Part shown: positions 13,210-25,324 of the stretch, in pieces
Position numbering within the stretch: the stretch's first letter is position 1
Layout of the letters: every line of letters starts with the position of its first letter
NCBI RefSeq assembly: GCF_006345805.1
Contig: NC_043019.1
Location: 24,613,360-24,677,359 of the forward strand
Reading direction: 5' to 3'
DNA length: 64,000 bases
Source of the DNA: Octopus sinensis
Taxonomy: Eukaryota
Position numbers and translations under genes: made by a program
Notes under the pieces: model-generated
Told to the model about the DNA's origin: nothing
Databases searched by the model: none
The model's input: only the letters and a program-made list of their open reading frames with translations

Positions 13210-13787
13210 GAAAAATAACAAAATTATCTCTTGAATTATACTTGAAATTTTGTTAAACAAACATCATTTTTTTTCCATGGAATCGGATGATAATGAAAGG
13301 TGTATTGAGAATGATTAAGTATCAGGAGGCATGTTTTACAATGTCATTGTTGTATTTTGTTTGATTCACGCGTCCTTTTCTTGTTTAATCAGACGTGGTA
13401 AATAAACACAGCCATCTCTGTCTTCTTTTTCACATTAAACAGTGAACCACCGCATTGATTCAGTTAATGTTTTCATAAAAACATCACAGAAACATATCCT
13501 TACACACACTATTAGCGCACACACGCATACACACACACACAAATACACACGAATACACGCAAACACGCATGTATTTATATTTGAATCTCATAGACATACG
13601 CGAGTGAGTCTCATATATGTGTGTCTATGTGTGTGCGTGCTTGCGTGTGTGTGTGTGTGTGCGTGTGTGTGTGTGTGTGCGTGCGTGTGTGTGTATACTC
13701 ATGCGCAGTGGAAAGAAAGTATGTGTGAGTGTATGCTTGTATGTGTACACATGAGAAAGAGAGGCAGAACGTTACTTACACACACAC

Positions 13788-13943
13788 ACATCTGATACAT
13801 ACACAGACACACACGCACGCACACACACACACACATACATACATTTACATACACACACATGTAAATGTATGTATGTATGTGTGTGTGTGTGTGTGTGTAC
13901 GCGCGTGCGTGTGTGTCGGTGTGTGTGTGTATGTATCAGATGT
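13788..13943. repeat. Imperfect palindrome built on CA/TG tracts
   Basis: ACATCTGATACATACACA..CATACATACATTTACAT [8 nt] ATGTAAATGTATGTATG..TGTGTATGTATCAGATGT. Confidence 0.85.
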
Positions 13944-14029
13944 TTATCAGTGAGTCTTATACGTGAAAAAATGTCTTTCAATGACCTGAGACGTATCAGA
14001 TCTTCCATGACATAGTAACATATAAATGT

Positions 14030-14241
14030 TCTTTTCTACTCCAGGCACAAGATCCGAATTTTTGGGAAGGGGGCCAGTCGATTAGACCGACCCTAGTATG
14101 CAACTGGTACATATTTTATCGACCCCGAAAGGATGAGAGGCAAAGTAGACCTCGACGGAATTTGAACTCAGAACGTAAAGACAAACGAAATCCCGCTAAG
14201 CTCTTCGTCCGGCGTGCTAACGCTTTTGCCAGCTCGCCGCC
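14030..14241 (-). mobile_element. SINE family B, full length, tail type B
   Basis: Head GGCGGCGAGCTGGCAAAAGCGTTAG, central CCTCTCATCCTTTCGGGGTCGATAAAATATGTACCAG, tail CCCAAAAATTCGGATCTTGTGCCTGGAGTAGAAAAG. Confidence 0.9.
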
Positions 14242-14260
14242 ATAGCAACATATAAATATT

Positions 14261-14547
14261 TTTTTTTCCTTCTCGAGCCATACCTGGCTCATAAGGGCCG
14301 GTTTCCCGGTTTCTTGGCGTATAGGTTCTCCACCTGGATGGGACGCCGGTCCGTCGCAGGTGAGCTGCAAGATGCAGGAGGAAAGAGTGAGAGAAAGTTG
14401 TGGCGAAAGAGTCAGCAGAAGTTTCGCCATTACCTTCTGCCGGAGCTGCGTGGAGATTAGGTGTTTCGCTCATAAACACACACATCGCCCGGCCTGAGAT
14501 TCGAACCCCCGATCCCTCTGCTCTAACCACTTGGCCATATGCCTCCA
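14261..14547 (-). mobile_element. SINE family C' (family C head with a different 3' module), 15-bp TSD
   Basis: TSD CAACATATAAATATT at 14246-14260 and 14548-14562; tRNA-like head; 3' hairpin GAGCCA-GGTA-TGGCTC then A tract. Confidence 0.92.
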
Positions 14548-15368
14548 CAACATATAAATATTACAAATGAAAGGTGAAGTTTACTTCGAAGTTTCCAGAT
14601 TCAGTTCCTCTTGAATAGTTTATATGTCCTTAAGGTGCAGGGGACAGTGATGCAATGACAAATCCAAAGCTAGAGGTTCCGTGTTCGAATTCAAGCTGTA
14701 TTACGTTGATACTTAATAACCTTGAGAAAGATACGATTGTCGTTTCGTTTCGACTCCTTTACTCTGCAGCTTCATAGTTGCATAAAATACTTCCCACGCT
14801 AAAAACAACGGAACTGGGACTACATGGTCAAAGACTAATCATTTCAAATCTCGTCTTCCGAGCCCTACAAAATATTGATGACGTTGTACTGAACCATACT
14901 TAATAAACTTTTGACAGAAATCAGAACTATTCACATTTTAGTGAAGAAAGCAGCAAAAATTAAGTCCATCGCTCTCTATAGGCTGGTGTAGAGTCAGTCA
15001 AACATGCTACTTAAATTCTTGCCGAACGCAAATCTATTTCACTCGTCTCTATCAACAAGAGTGCTTGGGGAAAGTATGAAACTTATAACATTAATACGAT
15101 CGGGCTGCATTGTCTAACGTATATACTTTATAAAGATACCTCACTTTAAATTCCACTTAAGCTCACAGCTTATCTATATATTTACCTCTCTCCCTCTCCA
15201 TCATATTCGCGTGTGTGTGTGTGTGTATTCAATTAAAAGTTATAAACCTCATTAAGAAATAATAAAATCTAATGAAAATACTGGTTATTTACCAATCCAT
15301 AGAAATATTTAAATATTTAAATATATGTGTATATATATATTATATAATATATAGATATATATATATAG

Positions 15369-15403
<35 letters not shown>

Positions 15404-15410
15404 GTAAAGC

Positions 15411-15461
<51 letters not shown>

Positions 15462-15617
15462 AATGCATATATATATATATATAATATATTAATTTATATA
15501 GAAGCTCCCTCTATATAATAAATTAAATATATATATATATATATATGTAAATGCATATATAGATAAATATATATATATATAAATAAATAATTATATGTAT
15601 GTAAATGCATATATATA

Positions 15618-15785
15618 TGTAGGTCCCGGGTTGAGTCGGGGTTAACCACAGTTAATAAGGTACTCAATACATAGCAGAGTAAATTAATTTATTTTATAGG
15701 AGCTTCTACAGGACTAGAACTGTTTCATTCAAATGAAGCTTCTGAAGATTCATTTGAATGAAACAGTTCTAGTTCTGTAGAAGCT
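15618..15785 (-). mobile_element. (TA)n-embedded fold-back element, probable Penelope-like terminal repeat fragment
   Basis: Palindrome 15701-15785 (centre 15743, 2 mismatches) plus a tail on one side only; flanked by (TA)n on both sides; degenerate hammerhead-like CTGAAGA..GAAAC..GTA. Confidence 0.55.
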
Positions 15786-15849
15786 ATATAATATATATAT
15801 ATATATATAATATTATATATATATATATAATATATATATTAATATATAT

Positions 15850-16235
15850 AGGGAATATTATTAAAAAGGGAATAAATCCAAATTACAGGGAAAAAATCAG
15901 ATTAGGATTAAATCCATTTATAGTAAAATATTATATAATATTATTTGAGACAAAAACCACTATTTTAGTTTATATATGTTTATATATTGATTATATATGG
16001 ATTATATATAGGTTATATATAGATTATATATTATATTTTTCATTAATACTTTAATTATTTAAAAATTATTATTTTTATATTTTAAAATATTGATATTTTA
16101 GATTGGAAGTCCACCTGAAGATTGTCGATCAGGACAAGAAACAATTGTAGTGGCGGTTTTTTTTTACTTTTTATTAAAATTTTATGTATTGATTAAGTCT
16201 TCCTTGTTGTTTTGCAAAATAGTGGTTTGTCTCTA
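15850..16235. mobile_element. (TA)n-embedded inverted Penelope-like terminal repeat element
   Basis: GAGACAAAAACCACTATTTT (~15946-15965) is inverted relative to AAAATAGTGGTTTGTCTC (~16216-16233). Contains the hammerhead at 16111. (TA)n on both sides. Confidence 0.6.
16111..16153 (+). ncRNA. Minimal type I hammerhead ribozyme motif, canonical core
   Basis: CCAC | CTGAAGA | TTGTC GATCAG GACAA | GAA | ACAATTGT | A | GTGG: stem I CCAC/GTGG, 5-bp stem II, palindromic stem III, GUA triplet at 16147-16149. Confidence 0.85.
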
Positions 16236-16253
16236 ATATATAATATAATATAA

Positions 16254-16287
<34 letters not shown>

Positions 16288-16328
16288 TACGGAGATGTAC
16301 TCGCATAGCAAGTAATTGTGTGTTGTGT

Positions 16329-16361
<33 letters not shown>

Positions 16362-16386
16362 TATATATATATAATATATATATATA

Positions 16387-16848
16387 TGGATTGTCTCCAA
16401 CGTCCTCATGCTGAAGCTGATGAATTTCCTCAACATTTCCGGGCATGTCGCTCGTGCCAGATCTCCCACAACTCTCATCGTTTTCCAGGGATGTTCTTCC
16501 GCTTTTGAAGAGCCCATGCCACTCGAAACATTGCGTACGACCCATTGCCCCGTCGCCGTAAGCTTGCCGAAGAATGCTCAATGTTTCTGTTGGAGACTTC
16601 CAAAGTTTAACACGAAATTTCACCTTGGTTCTTTGTTCCAACTTCCTGTCCATTATAAAAATCGCAGACAACAGCATACACGTGATCAGAAGAACACAAA
16701 TTTCAAAACTTACGAAATAAACACAGCAGCATCACTTGGCACACTGCCTCATGAAGGTCACTGCTAGCTCTCACTGCGCACGCAAACATATGCTGCCATC
16801 TGTTGGCACGCTACAGAACTAGTCCAAGAACTTTTTGAAAACATCCCG
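16387..16848 (-). mobile_element. Mariner-like transposon 5' portion with transposase N-terminus fragment
   Basis: MDRKLEQRTKVKFRVKLWKSPTETLSILRQAYGDGAMGRTQCFEWHGLFKSGRTSLENDE.. is the mariner HTH region (ATG at 16653); TIR-like end TA|CGGGATGTTTTCAAAAAGTTC; truncated by (TA)n. Confidence 0.9.
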
Positions 16849-17049
16849 TACAAACACGTAGATACACACATACACACACTCACATATAAATATATATATA
16901 TTTATTTATTTATATGTGAGTGTGTGTATGTGTGTGTATCTACATGTATGTACGAGGTGTATCAAAAAGTTCGCGGACTAGTTCTGTAGCGTGCCAACAG
17001 ATGGCAGTATATGGCTGCGTGCGCAGTGAGAGCTTGCAGTGACCTTCAT
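16751..17049. repeat. ~300-bp imperfect palindrome duplicating the mariner end and its flank
   Basis: 16751-16850 is the reverse complement of 16951-17049 (about 10 differences by hand count), and the CA/TA flank between them is also mirrored around ~16899. Confidence 0.9.
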
Positions 17050-17850
17050 TATATACATATTAAAACGCTTTGAAGAAAAAAGTTATCTTTTTTCAGTTAT
17101 GTGACCTTTATAAACACTCTTAATTGGTTTGATTATAAAGTTAGAATTATCGAGAAACGCTAAGCTACGATTAAAGTACGATTTCAGCATTGTTTCTATG
17201 CTAATTTTTTTTAATGTTAAAGTGATTTTAATAACCTTAAAACATTTGATGGAATATTTGAAAACGTTCGATTTCTGTGTTGTAAGCATACAATTAATAA
17301 AATAATTAATTTCCATTTGAACAAAGCCAACAAGTTTAAAATATTGCCAAGTTTCTCTCAATGCCATTATCTAGAATTATGTAGAATTTTTTAAAAAATG
17401 AATTATTTATTTTTGTGCTTTTAAATGTATGTACCTTTATGCGATAACTTTGATCTGAAATTTTTAAACAAAACTTAGAGTTTGTATTTGATTTTTATTT
17501 CAGATTTCTGCTGATTTAAAACAGAGACACTTGAAATCAAAAGCTTTGTACTAGAGGCTTTCATCAACAACAGCTGTAACGAGGGGCCAGACTGGATAAA
17601 AGTATGATCGCCACACAAACAATCAAAATGAATGTCTAGCCCGATATTAATAAATTTATTTTCTTTTTCGTTTGACTTCCGGACATCAAACGGAAAAATC
17701 CTCACCAATTCTTTTACTGTTGATTCTGTAAACTAACAGTTGATTCAGCTTAAAAGATTGTTTATCTCGAAAATCCGCTGTTGTTTTGTATATTTTGTAT
17801 AAGGGAAGAATTACGTATTTTGTTGTTTTTTATACTCAATACATCTATTT

Positions 17851-17891
17851 TTATTATTATTATTTTTATTATTGTTGTTGTTATTATTATT

Positions 17892-17929
<38 letters not shown>

Positions 17930-17952
17930 TATCATTATCATTATTATTATTA

Positions 17953-18012
<60 letters not shown>

Positions 18013-18023
18013 CATTATTATCA

Positions 18024-18074
<51 letters not shown>

Positions 18075-18080
18075 ATTATT
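17851..18080. repeat. Compound (ATT)n/(CAT)n
   Basis: Directly visible. Confidence 0.97.
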
Positions 18081-19094
18081 ATATTATAGAGATTATTATA
18101 GAGATTATTTTTACCTTTCAATTTCACATTCTATTTAATTATTTTTCCAGATCATTATATCATTTTGAATAATTTCTCCATATTTCTTTTCATAGACACA
18201 TTGTCATCTATAGAGAATGATAATTTTTGTGAGAGACATTCCATATCCCTGTAGTCGTGACATCAATGTCTCGTCGATTAACCTTGACCTTTGTGTCTGT
18301 ATGTAGTGAGATGGACCACAGGATGATTGTATTGTCATTGTCTGAAACCATTTTCAATGCATATATTTGTAAACTACCTCAATTCTTTTGGCATAAGGTA
18401 GCTTATGCCAGCAGATTTTAGAATTTGCTGTTTCCCACCCTCAATTCCCAATGAGTCAATCACTTATTGTTTCTGAATTATTCAGTACCTTATTAAGCAA
18501 TCATCTCTGTACCCTATAAGTCTCTATTAAATATATTATACAGACGTCTGGAACTGATGGTTATCTGGAAGCTTCGAATTATTCGTTTTTATGAAGTATA
18601 AGCTATGTGTTGTGTTGATAAAGTATTCTACAAGTATCCAGGAGCAAAAATTGCTGTTTTTGACCAATCGCGGTCTTCTGATACTTCCTTTACCATTCTT
18701 CAAAATTCTGCTTCGCTTGCTCATTCATTTCAATCCTAGTTTTACCTAAAATCAATTCGGTTGAAGCCATCCTGCTTGTTTTGTTCAAAGAATGGTTGTC
18801 GATTTACATCACGAATCATTCTTGTTTATTTGGGGGGTATTTTTTGTCATATTATATTTCTGTAGTAATTATTTCTCTCTTAAATCAATTATCGTGTTAT
18901 CTAATTCAATAACATTCTTCATGCTCTGTCTTTCTGTCAGTTACTTATTTACTTTACTTTTGATATTCCTATATCAATATACTTGAAGTAATACCCACTC
19001 TCCTTTACAACTATTATTGCTGCTACAAATATAATATTAACTTGGTGTTATTGATGTTCACGCGTGATTTTCATTTCCATCGCGCGTTTATGTT

Positions 19095-19560
19095 ATTGCA
19101 ATAAAAAGTATGTTTACATATTCGAGTATTCGGGAAGAAAAAGGGTAAAATTTTCACAGAAAATTGAAGAAATTTAAATGTTTTAATTTTCTAAAGATGA
19201 TCATTTGTATGTCCGCACAAAGAAAATTGTGGTGTTCTTGCAATAAAAAGGATGTTCGCATTTTCGAATACCCAGGGAGAAAGGAAAAGAAGGAAAAGAA
19301 AGGGTAAAATTTTCCCAGAAATTGTAGATATTTAAGTTTTAAATTTTTTTGAAGATGATCATTTGTGTGTCCGACCAGAGAAGACTGTAGTGCTCTTGCA
19401 ATGAAAAAAGGATATAATAGATATTCACAGAAGTTGTAGATATTAAAGTTTTAAAGTTTTTAGAGATGATCGTTTGAGTGTTCGTTCAGAGAAAACTGCA
19501 GATATGCAAGTTTTAAAACTTATTTTCAGGGAAATTTAAAATACTCACAGGAAATTGTAA
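19095..19560. repeat. Degenerate tandem repeat of 4-5 partial units
   Basis: Recurring GGGTAAAATTTTC(A/C)CAGAAA.TTG(A/T)AGA..GATGATC(A/G)TTTG..TTGCAAT at ~19143, 19302 and 19421, with shorter relics at ~19488 and ~19546. Confidence 0.7.
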
Positions 19561-19731
19561 ATGTTCCAGTTTTTGGGAGTTATTTTTCAGTTCTCCTGTT
19601 GGGTTGTATTAGTGTTTTTGTGTCTTCGGCTACTGACTGGTCAGAGCAAAACAGAAGACAAAACAATGTATTTGATAACATTTCCAATCAGTTAAGATCA
19701 GAAGCCGTGCGAGCCACTGCCTAGTACTGCA

Positions 19732-19777
19732 TATCATCATCATCATTATCATTATTATTATTATCATTATTATTATA

Positions 19778-19816
<39 letters not shown>

Positions 19817-19879
19817 CATCCCTCCTCCTCAATCATCACATCATCATCATCATCATCATCATCATCATTATCATTATTA

Positions 19880-19913
<34 letters not shown>
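19732..19913. repeat. (ATT)n/(CAT)n
   Basis: Directly visible. Confidence 0.95.
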
Positions 19914-19914
<1 letters not shown>

Positions 19915-19915
<1 letters not shown>

Positions 19916-20125
19916 GGTGGCGAGTTGTCAGAATCTTTAGTGCGCCGGGCAAAATATTTAGCATTATTGTGCCCCTCTTAATTTTTTAGTTCAAATTCCT
20001 CCGCGGGCGACATTGCCATTCATCCTTTCGGATTCGTTCAAATAAGTACCAGTTGAGTACTGGTGTTGACGTAATCGACTTCCCTTCCCCTCAAGAAAGA
20101 CCGGTCCTGTGCCAATGTTTGAAAC
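19915..20125 (+). mobile_element. SINE family B, tail type B, diverged
   Basis: AAGGTGGCGAGTTGTCAGAATC..CATCCTTTCGGATTCGTTCAAATAAGTACCAG..CCCTTCCCCTCAAG..GTGCC. Confidence 0.8.
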
Positions 20126-20636
20126 TATTATTATTGTTGATGGTGTTGTTGTTGTTGTTGTTGTTACGAGTGTATTTGGGGGCATAATTAATATTTGGTT
20201 ATTGTCTTCTGACATACTTCTTCCTTGTTTTTACACTCTTACATCCCTTTCATACATTCTTTAACAACCTAGAAATTTGTTCGGCCAACAAACTAACCCA
20301 ATGAAACTGGAATTGTCAAAACCAGGAAGATGTTATCCGTCCATTGTTGTCTACAAAAACATTGCAACAAAATGAAAAAATTTATCCTGTCTAAATATCA
20401 GGTACTAATCAGATTAAGATGTAATTTAATGGTTAGTTAAATTTCTCATTTTAATTTTTTTTTTATTATTTTGCTCCTTGCTTAATCTTTTATATTGTCA
20501 TCTAACTCCTTCTTTGTGACCTCCTCTGCTTCTGTTTCTACACATGCATGTGTATGCTTCTGGGCCTATTTAAAAATACAGCCATATTACTCATAACATA
20601 AAAACATGGTGAGTGGGGGCATTCTTCCTAGTACCT

Positions 20637-20928
20637 CAGTGGGTCTCAACCGGGATCCATATTACATCTGGGGTTCCATATAATTTTTTGGGGAGAGGGG
20701 GGGTCTATATAAGCAAAATATCAAATTTATTACTCAGTATTATTTTTAAGGGTCCATAAAATAATTTACCACACCTTCCTTTTTCCTTTCACTTTTTTTT
20801 TCTGAGCCATGGTGATCCGTTAATGTTTCTCAGAACGGAAAGTCATTTTAACTAAAAGCAATATTTTCCGATTCTCTGATATAAATTGTTTAAATTTTGT
20901 TGTAAGTTGACCAGTTGAAGACCAACTC
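20637..20928. mobile_element. Possible hAT-like MITE relic
   Basis: Left end CAGTGGGTCTCAACCGGG resembles hAT TIRs (CAGTGGTTCTCAAC). The right end (GTTGAAGACCAACT) is only a degenerate match. No TSD seen. Confidence 0.3.
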
Positions 20929-22702
20929 AAACACATCATCATGACTTCTCGCTAGTCTTATCTGGGTTTTTTTCTTCTGTTTTCCCTAAACAGCGGGGCC
21001 TGTTTTGTTTCGGTTTTGTATTTTCTATTATATTGAAAATACTCCAAACACGTTTTGTACTGCTATTCTCTGAATGTTGCCTTTAGTGTTAGTTATAAGG
21101 TTTTGTTAATGGAATTTTCTACATAGTTATTTATCAATCTACAACACACGTCATTATACGAATTGCTGTTGTTGGTCTCCATATCCTAGTTATCTCTGAT
21201 AGATGGATTTCTCTATTTTTCTTTTCGGAGATGCTGGAACTGACATTACAATGATATCACGAGTGATAAAGTCAAAAGATGCAACAAGCTAACCAAAAAT
21301 CATTCAATGACACTTCTTTCACTGATCTATAATGTCTACCTTAACAAACTACTCGTCATCATTTGTCATATTCGTCATCATTTTCAAATATATTCGTACA
21401 TAATAAACTTCTTGGGCGGTTATAATTTTATTGCGGTCTTTAAAAAAAACCGACACTATCGCAATTCACAAATTAAGATAATGGTAACCAACAGTCCATT
21501 CTTTTGTTCGTTTATTCTTTTGCTAGTTTCACATTTGGACTCAGGCCAAACTGAAGCACAACAATCTGAGACTGATACTTAGTTATCGATTTCCATTTGT
21601 CAAACCATTAAATTATGGGACATAAAGGGCCAGAACACAAGTAACAAATCTAGATTTTTTGACAGGTATAAACATAAAGACGGACACAGACATACAAATA
21701 TAGATACTATATTCGTAAACATAGATATATCAAACGACGGATATTCTTTGATATATTAGAAAAAAAATTAAGTCAACATTACCGTCTACGCTGGCACCTG
21801 GATTCCTATCCGGAATCCTTTGGAACTACTTAGTACCTTTTCAGGGAAAATTGTGGATTGCGTGGTTTCCTCTTCACATTTTATAATTGGCTTTGCTCTT
21901 TTATAGAAAGAAAAAAGATAGAATTAACAGTGAAACATTTCGTATCGTGAAAAGTTTTTTTATTGGTTCGTACAGTGAATATGTTAGCTGTACATATAGT
22001 ACATCCACACAATAATTGATGAATACGAATACAAATTATGACCGTATTGCAAACATTTAGGTAAGAAGTCACTGCACAAATTTACCGAAAATGAATCTAA
22101 TTCTGCGTAATACTATAATGCTGTAAAACGTCGTACAGCGCTGCACAGTAGAGTAATAGCTTTAGAAGGAAAGGGCACATTAGAGCTTGTGTGGGGTCAT
22201 CGGGAGATTCTGAATCAGAAGGAAAATATGTAACTGAATCAGAGGTGACCATCATAGTCTTTTGTTCTTCAGTTAAAGAATGTTTATATACTAAATTTAC
22301 AGCACATCAGAGACTTCAGGATCAGGTGTGATGAGTTCTTTAGCAGCTAAAATGAAGATCACCTAAAGCTATTCTGGCTGGTTTATTTAATGTAATTAGG
22401 TTTTTCTTTTTAACTAATTTTATTAAATTTTATTTATTTTTTATTTTTTCAGAAATGAAACCCCGTTCTTCAACAACTCTTTTTAATACCACTGTGGAGG
22501 ATTTATTTTAGTCATTCATTTTCATCTTCAATATCTTTTTGTTTCTTCACATTTTGTTGCACCCATTTCGAGAATTTGTATGCGTGTATGCGCATATGTG
22601 CGTGTGCGACTGAGTGTGTGTGTGTATACATATACATGCATAGACACACCCACAAACAGGTTATAGCACATATGTACATATATATGTATGTTATATATTA
22701 TA

Positions 22703-22751
<49 letters not shown>

Positions 22752-23045
22752 TATATATATATATAATATATCTATATATTATATATATATATTATGCACA
22801 CGCGTGCACATACACATCTTCACATCTGAGAAAACAAACGAGGGGAGGGGACCTACTAAATATATGTAGTACTATTCCTTCATTTTGTAGACCAATCTAA
22901 TTTACGTTTCATATGCTCATAGCAGACAGAAAAGTGATACTATTGATAGTAACAGCAGCAGTAGTAGTTGTTGAAGTGGTAGTTGTAATACATTATGGTG
23001 CTGCTGCTGCTGCTGCTGCTATTGTTGCATTTGGCTATGTGGTTG

Positions 23046-23308
23046 GCACTCCGTCGGTTACGACGTCGAGGATTCCAGTTGATCCGATCAACGTGAAATT
23101 AACGTGCAAGTGGCTGAGCACTCCACAGACACGTGTACCCCTAACGTAGTTCTCGGGAAGATTCAGCGTGACACAGAGTGTCACAAAGCTGGCCCTTTGA
23201 AATGCAGATACAACAGAAACAGAAAGAAAGAGTGAGAGAAAGTTGTGGTGAAAGAGTACAGCAGGGTTCGCCACCATCCCCTGCCGGAGCCTTGTGGAAC
23301 TTTAGGCA
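23046..23308 (-). mobile_element. SINE family C, 5'-truncated
   Basis: Colinear with the 3' two thirds of 62607-62988. Confidence 0.9.
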
Positions 23309-23539
23309 TTTGGCTATAGGCCATAGGTAAAAAAAGAAAAATTAACTATGACCGTTGCAGTTCGTCTCAGATGGTATGAGTGAAAGAATAATGTTCACCT
23401 TATACATATGGTGGTTGATTTATGCAGGAAAAGGCAAAAAAGCGTACAGGATATGATTTATAGAAGGTTCTAGTTCTGGCGAGACACATTTTAATGAAAT
23501 GTTTGATGCAGTGTTTGGTGGGTGATATACTAAACGATT

Positions 23540-23757
23540 AGAATCGTTAGCACGCCGGGCGAAATGCTTAGCGGTATTCCGTCTGCCGTTACGTTCTAAG
23601 TTCAAATTCCGCCGAGGTCGACTTTGCCTTTCATCCTTTCGGGGTCGATTAAAAAAGTACCAGTTACGCACTGGGGTCGATGTAATCGACTTAATCCGTT
23701 TGTCTGTCGTTGTTTGTCCCCTCTGTGTTTAGCCCCTTGTGGGTAGTAAAGAAATAG
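23540..23757 (+). mobile_element. SINE family B, tail type A
   Basis: AGAATCGTTAGCACGCCGGGCGAAATGC..CCTTTCATCCTTTCGGGGTCGAT..GCCCCTTGTGGGTAGTAAAGAAATAG. Confidence 0.92.
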
Positions 23758-25043
23758 ATTGACGAAATGAGAAGTGAGTGAATTGTTGATACATAGCCTT
23801 CTGAAGCAGATAAATAGACAAACGTTGCAGCAATGTTAGAAAGGTGACATAGTGTATTTATTCTTCCAATGCTTGAAGGTTGGCTAAAGTATCGGAAGAT
23901 TTTTGAGGCATTCTAAAATGCTTGTTTAAATATTATCGGCACACTCCATACATATTTGTTGCAGTGGATCGAGATGAGATCATAACTATAATAGGTTCGG
24001 AGCTGAAATAATGTGAGATCTAACATTCGAGAAACAGTGTTGGTAATTTTATAGAACTATGGTCAATGCGAAAGTTAATCAGAGATTGTTATATCTATTC
24101 TTATAAGCTTTGTGTTTTATAATGAATATAATAAAGGTTAGATATTCCAGTGACTCGTCGACCTGATAATATATAACAGTTGCTGTCGACATCAGGTGGT
24201 GTCCATAAATTGATCACAACCACAGAATGAAAGAAGCAAGTCACTTAATATATAACCGATAAATAATAACTTTTAGAATGGCAGTAAAAAATTACTTCCA
24301 AATGCTCCGCTAGACGAATATATGTTGGGATGCTTGAATACGTTTTATAATGTGTGTGTGTGTGTGTGTGTATGCCTATATGTATGTATGTAAGTATGTA
24401 TGTATGTATGTATGTATGTATGCATGTGTGTAGGTAGGTATGTAAGTATGTATGTATGTGTGTAGGTAGGTAGGTAGGTAGGTAGGTAGGTACATATCCG
24501 CTTCGACTGGAACCTTCAGTTTCGCCTTACAGTACTGCTTAAATAATCCGTCTGACGAAATTTAAAGCCCAAATTAAGACTAATTTTACAGTTACAATGA
24601 ATAGTACTGAGTCTCCTCGCCTTTAAGTTCTGAGATCAAATTCCACCGCGGCCAACCACAAAAGAAGGAATGAATAAATATGGAGTCGATTTCGTCGAAT
24701 GAGGAATCCACGGGACCCCCACCCCATCCCACTTCCGTCGCTATATGTAATTGCCTTTGTCGCACACATTCTACTCTCACCAAACTTCAAACAGAACCAG
24801 GGAGGCACTTTGTGACATCTGCACTTATACAGTCTATGATTATCCACTTTCACTTATATCAAAAAGTGGTAGCAGCCACGTAGCCGTTCGACCTGTTAGA
24901 AATAACAGCTAATTATCCTTCAGCTTAAACCCCGATGAAGGTGACTTTGGGTAATGTAGTTTAAGATGTTCTGGAAACAAAAGGTGCGATGCTGTCGACT
25001 GGAATATTTATAATCATGAGTTTCCCTCCATAAATGTCATGGA

Positions 25044-25324
25044 GACAAACACCACCGCCGCCGCCACTACTACTACTACCACCACCACCACCACCACCGA
25101 CACTACCACCACCAACACCACCACTAACACCACCACTAACACCACCACCACCACCACCACTAATGCCACTATCATCACCACCACCAACACCACTACTACC
25201 ACCACCACCACTACCACCACCACCGACACTACCACCACCAACGCCACCACCACCAACACCACCACCAACACCACCACTAACACCACCACCACTAATGCCA
25301 CTATCATCCACCACCAGCAACAAC
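25044..25324. repeat. Degenerate (ACC)n-rich trinucleotide array
   Basis: Directly visible. Confidence 0.95.
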
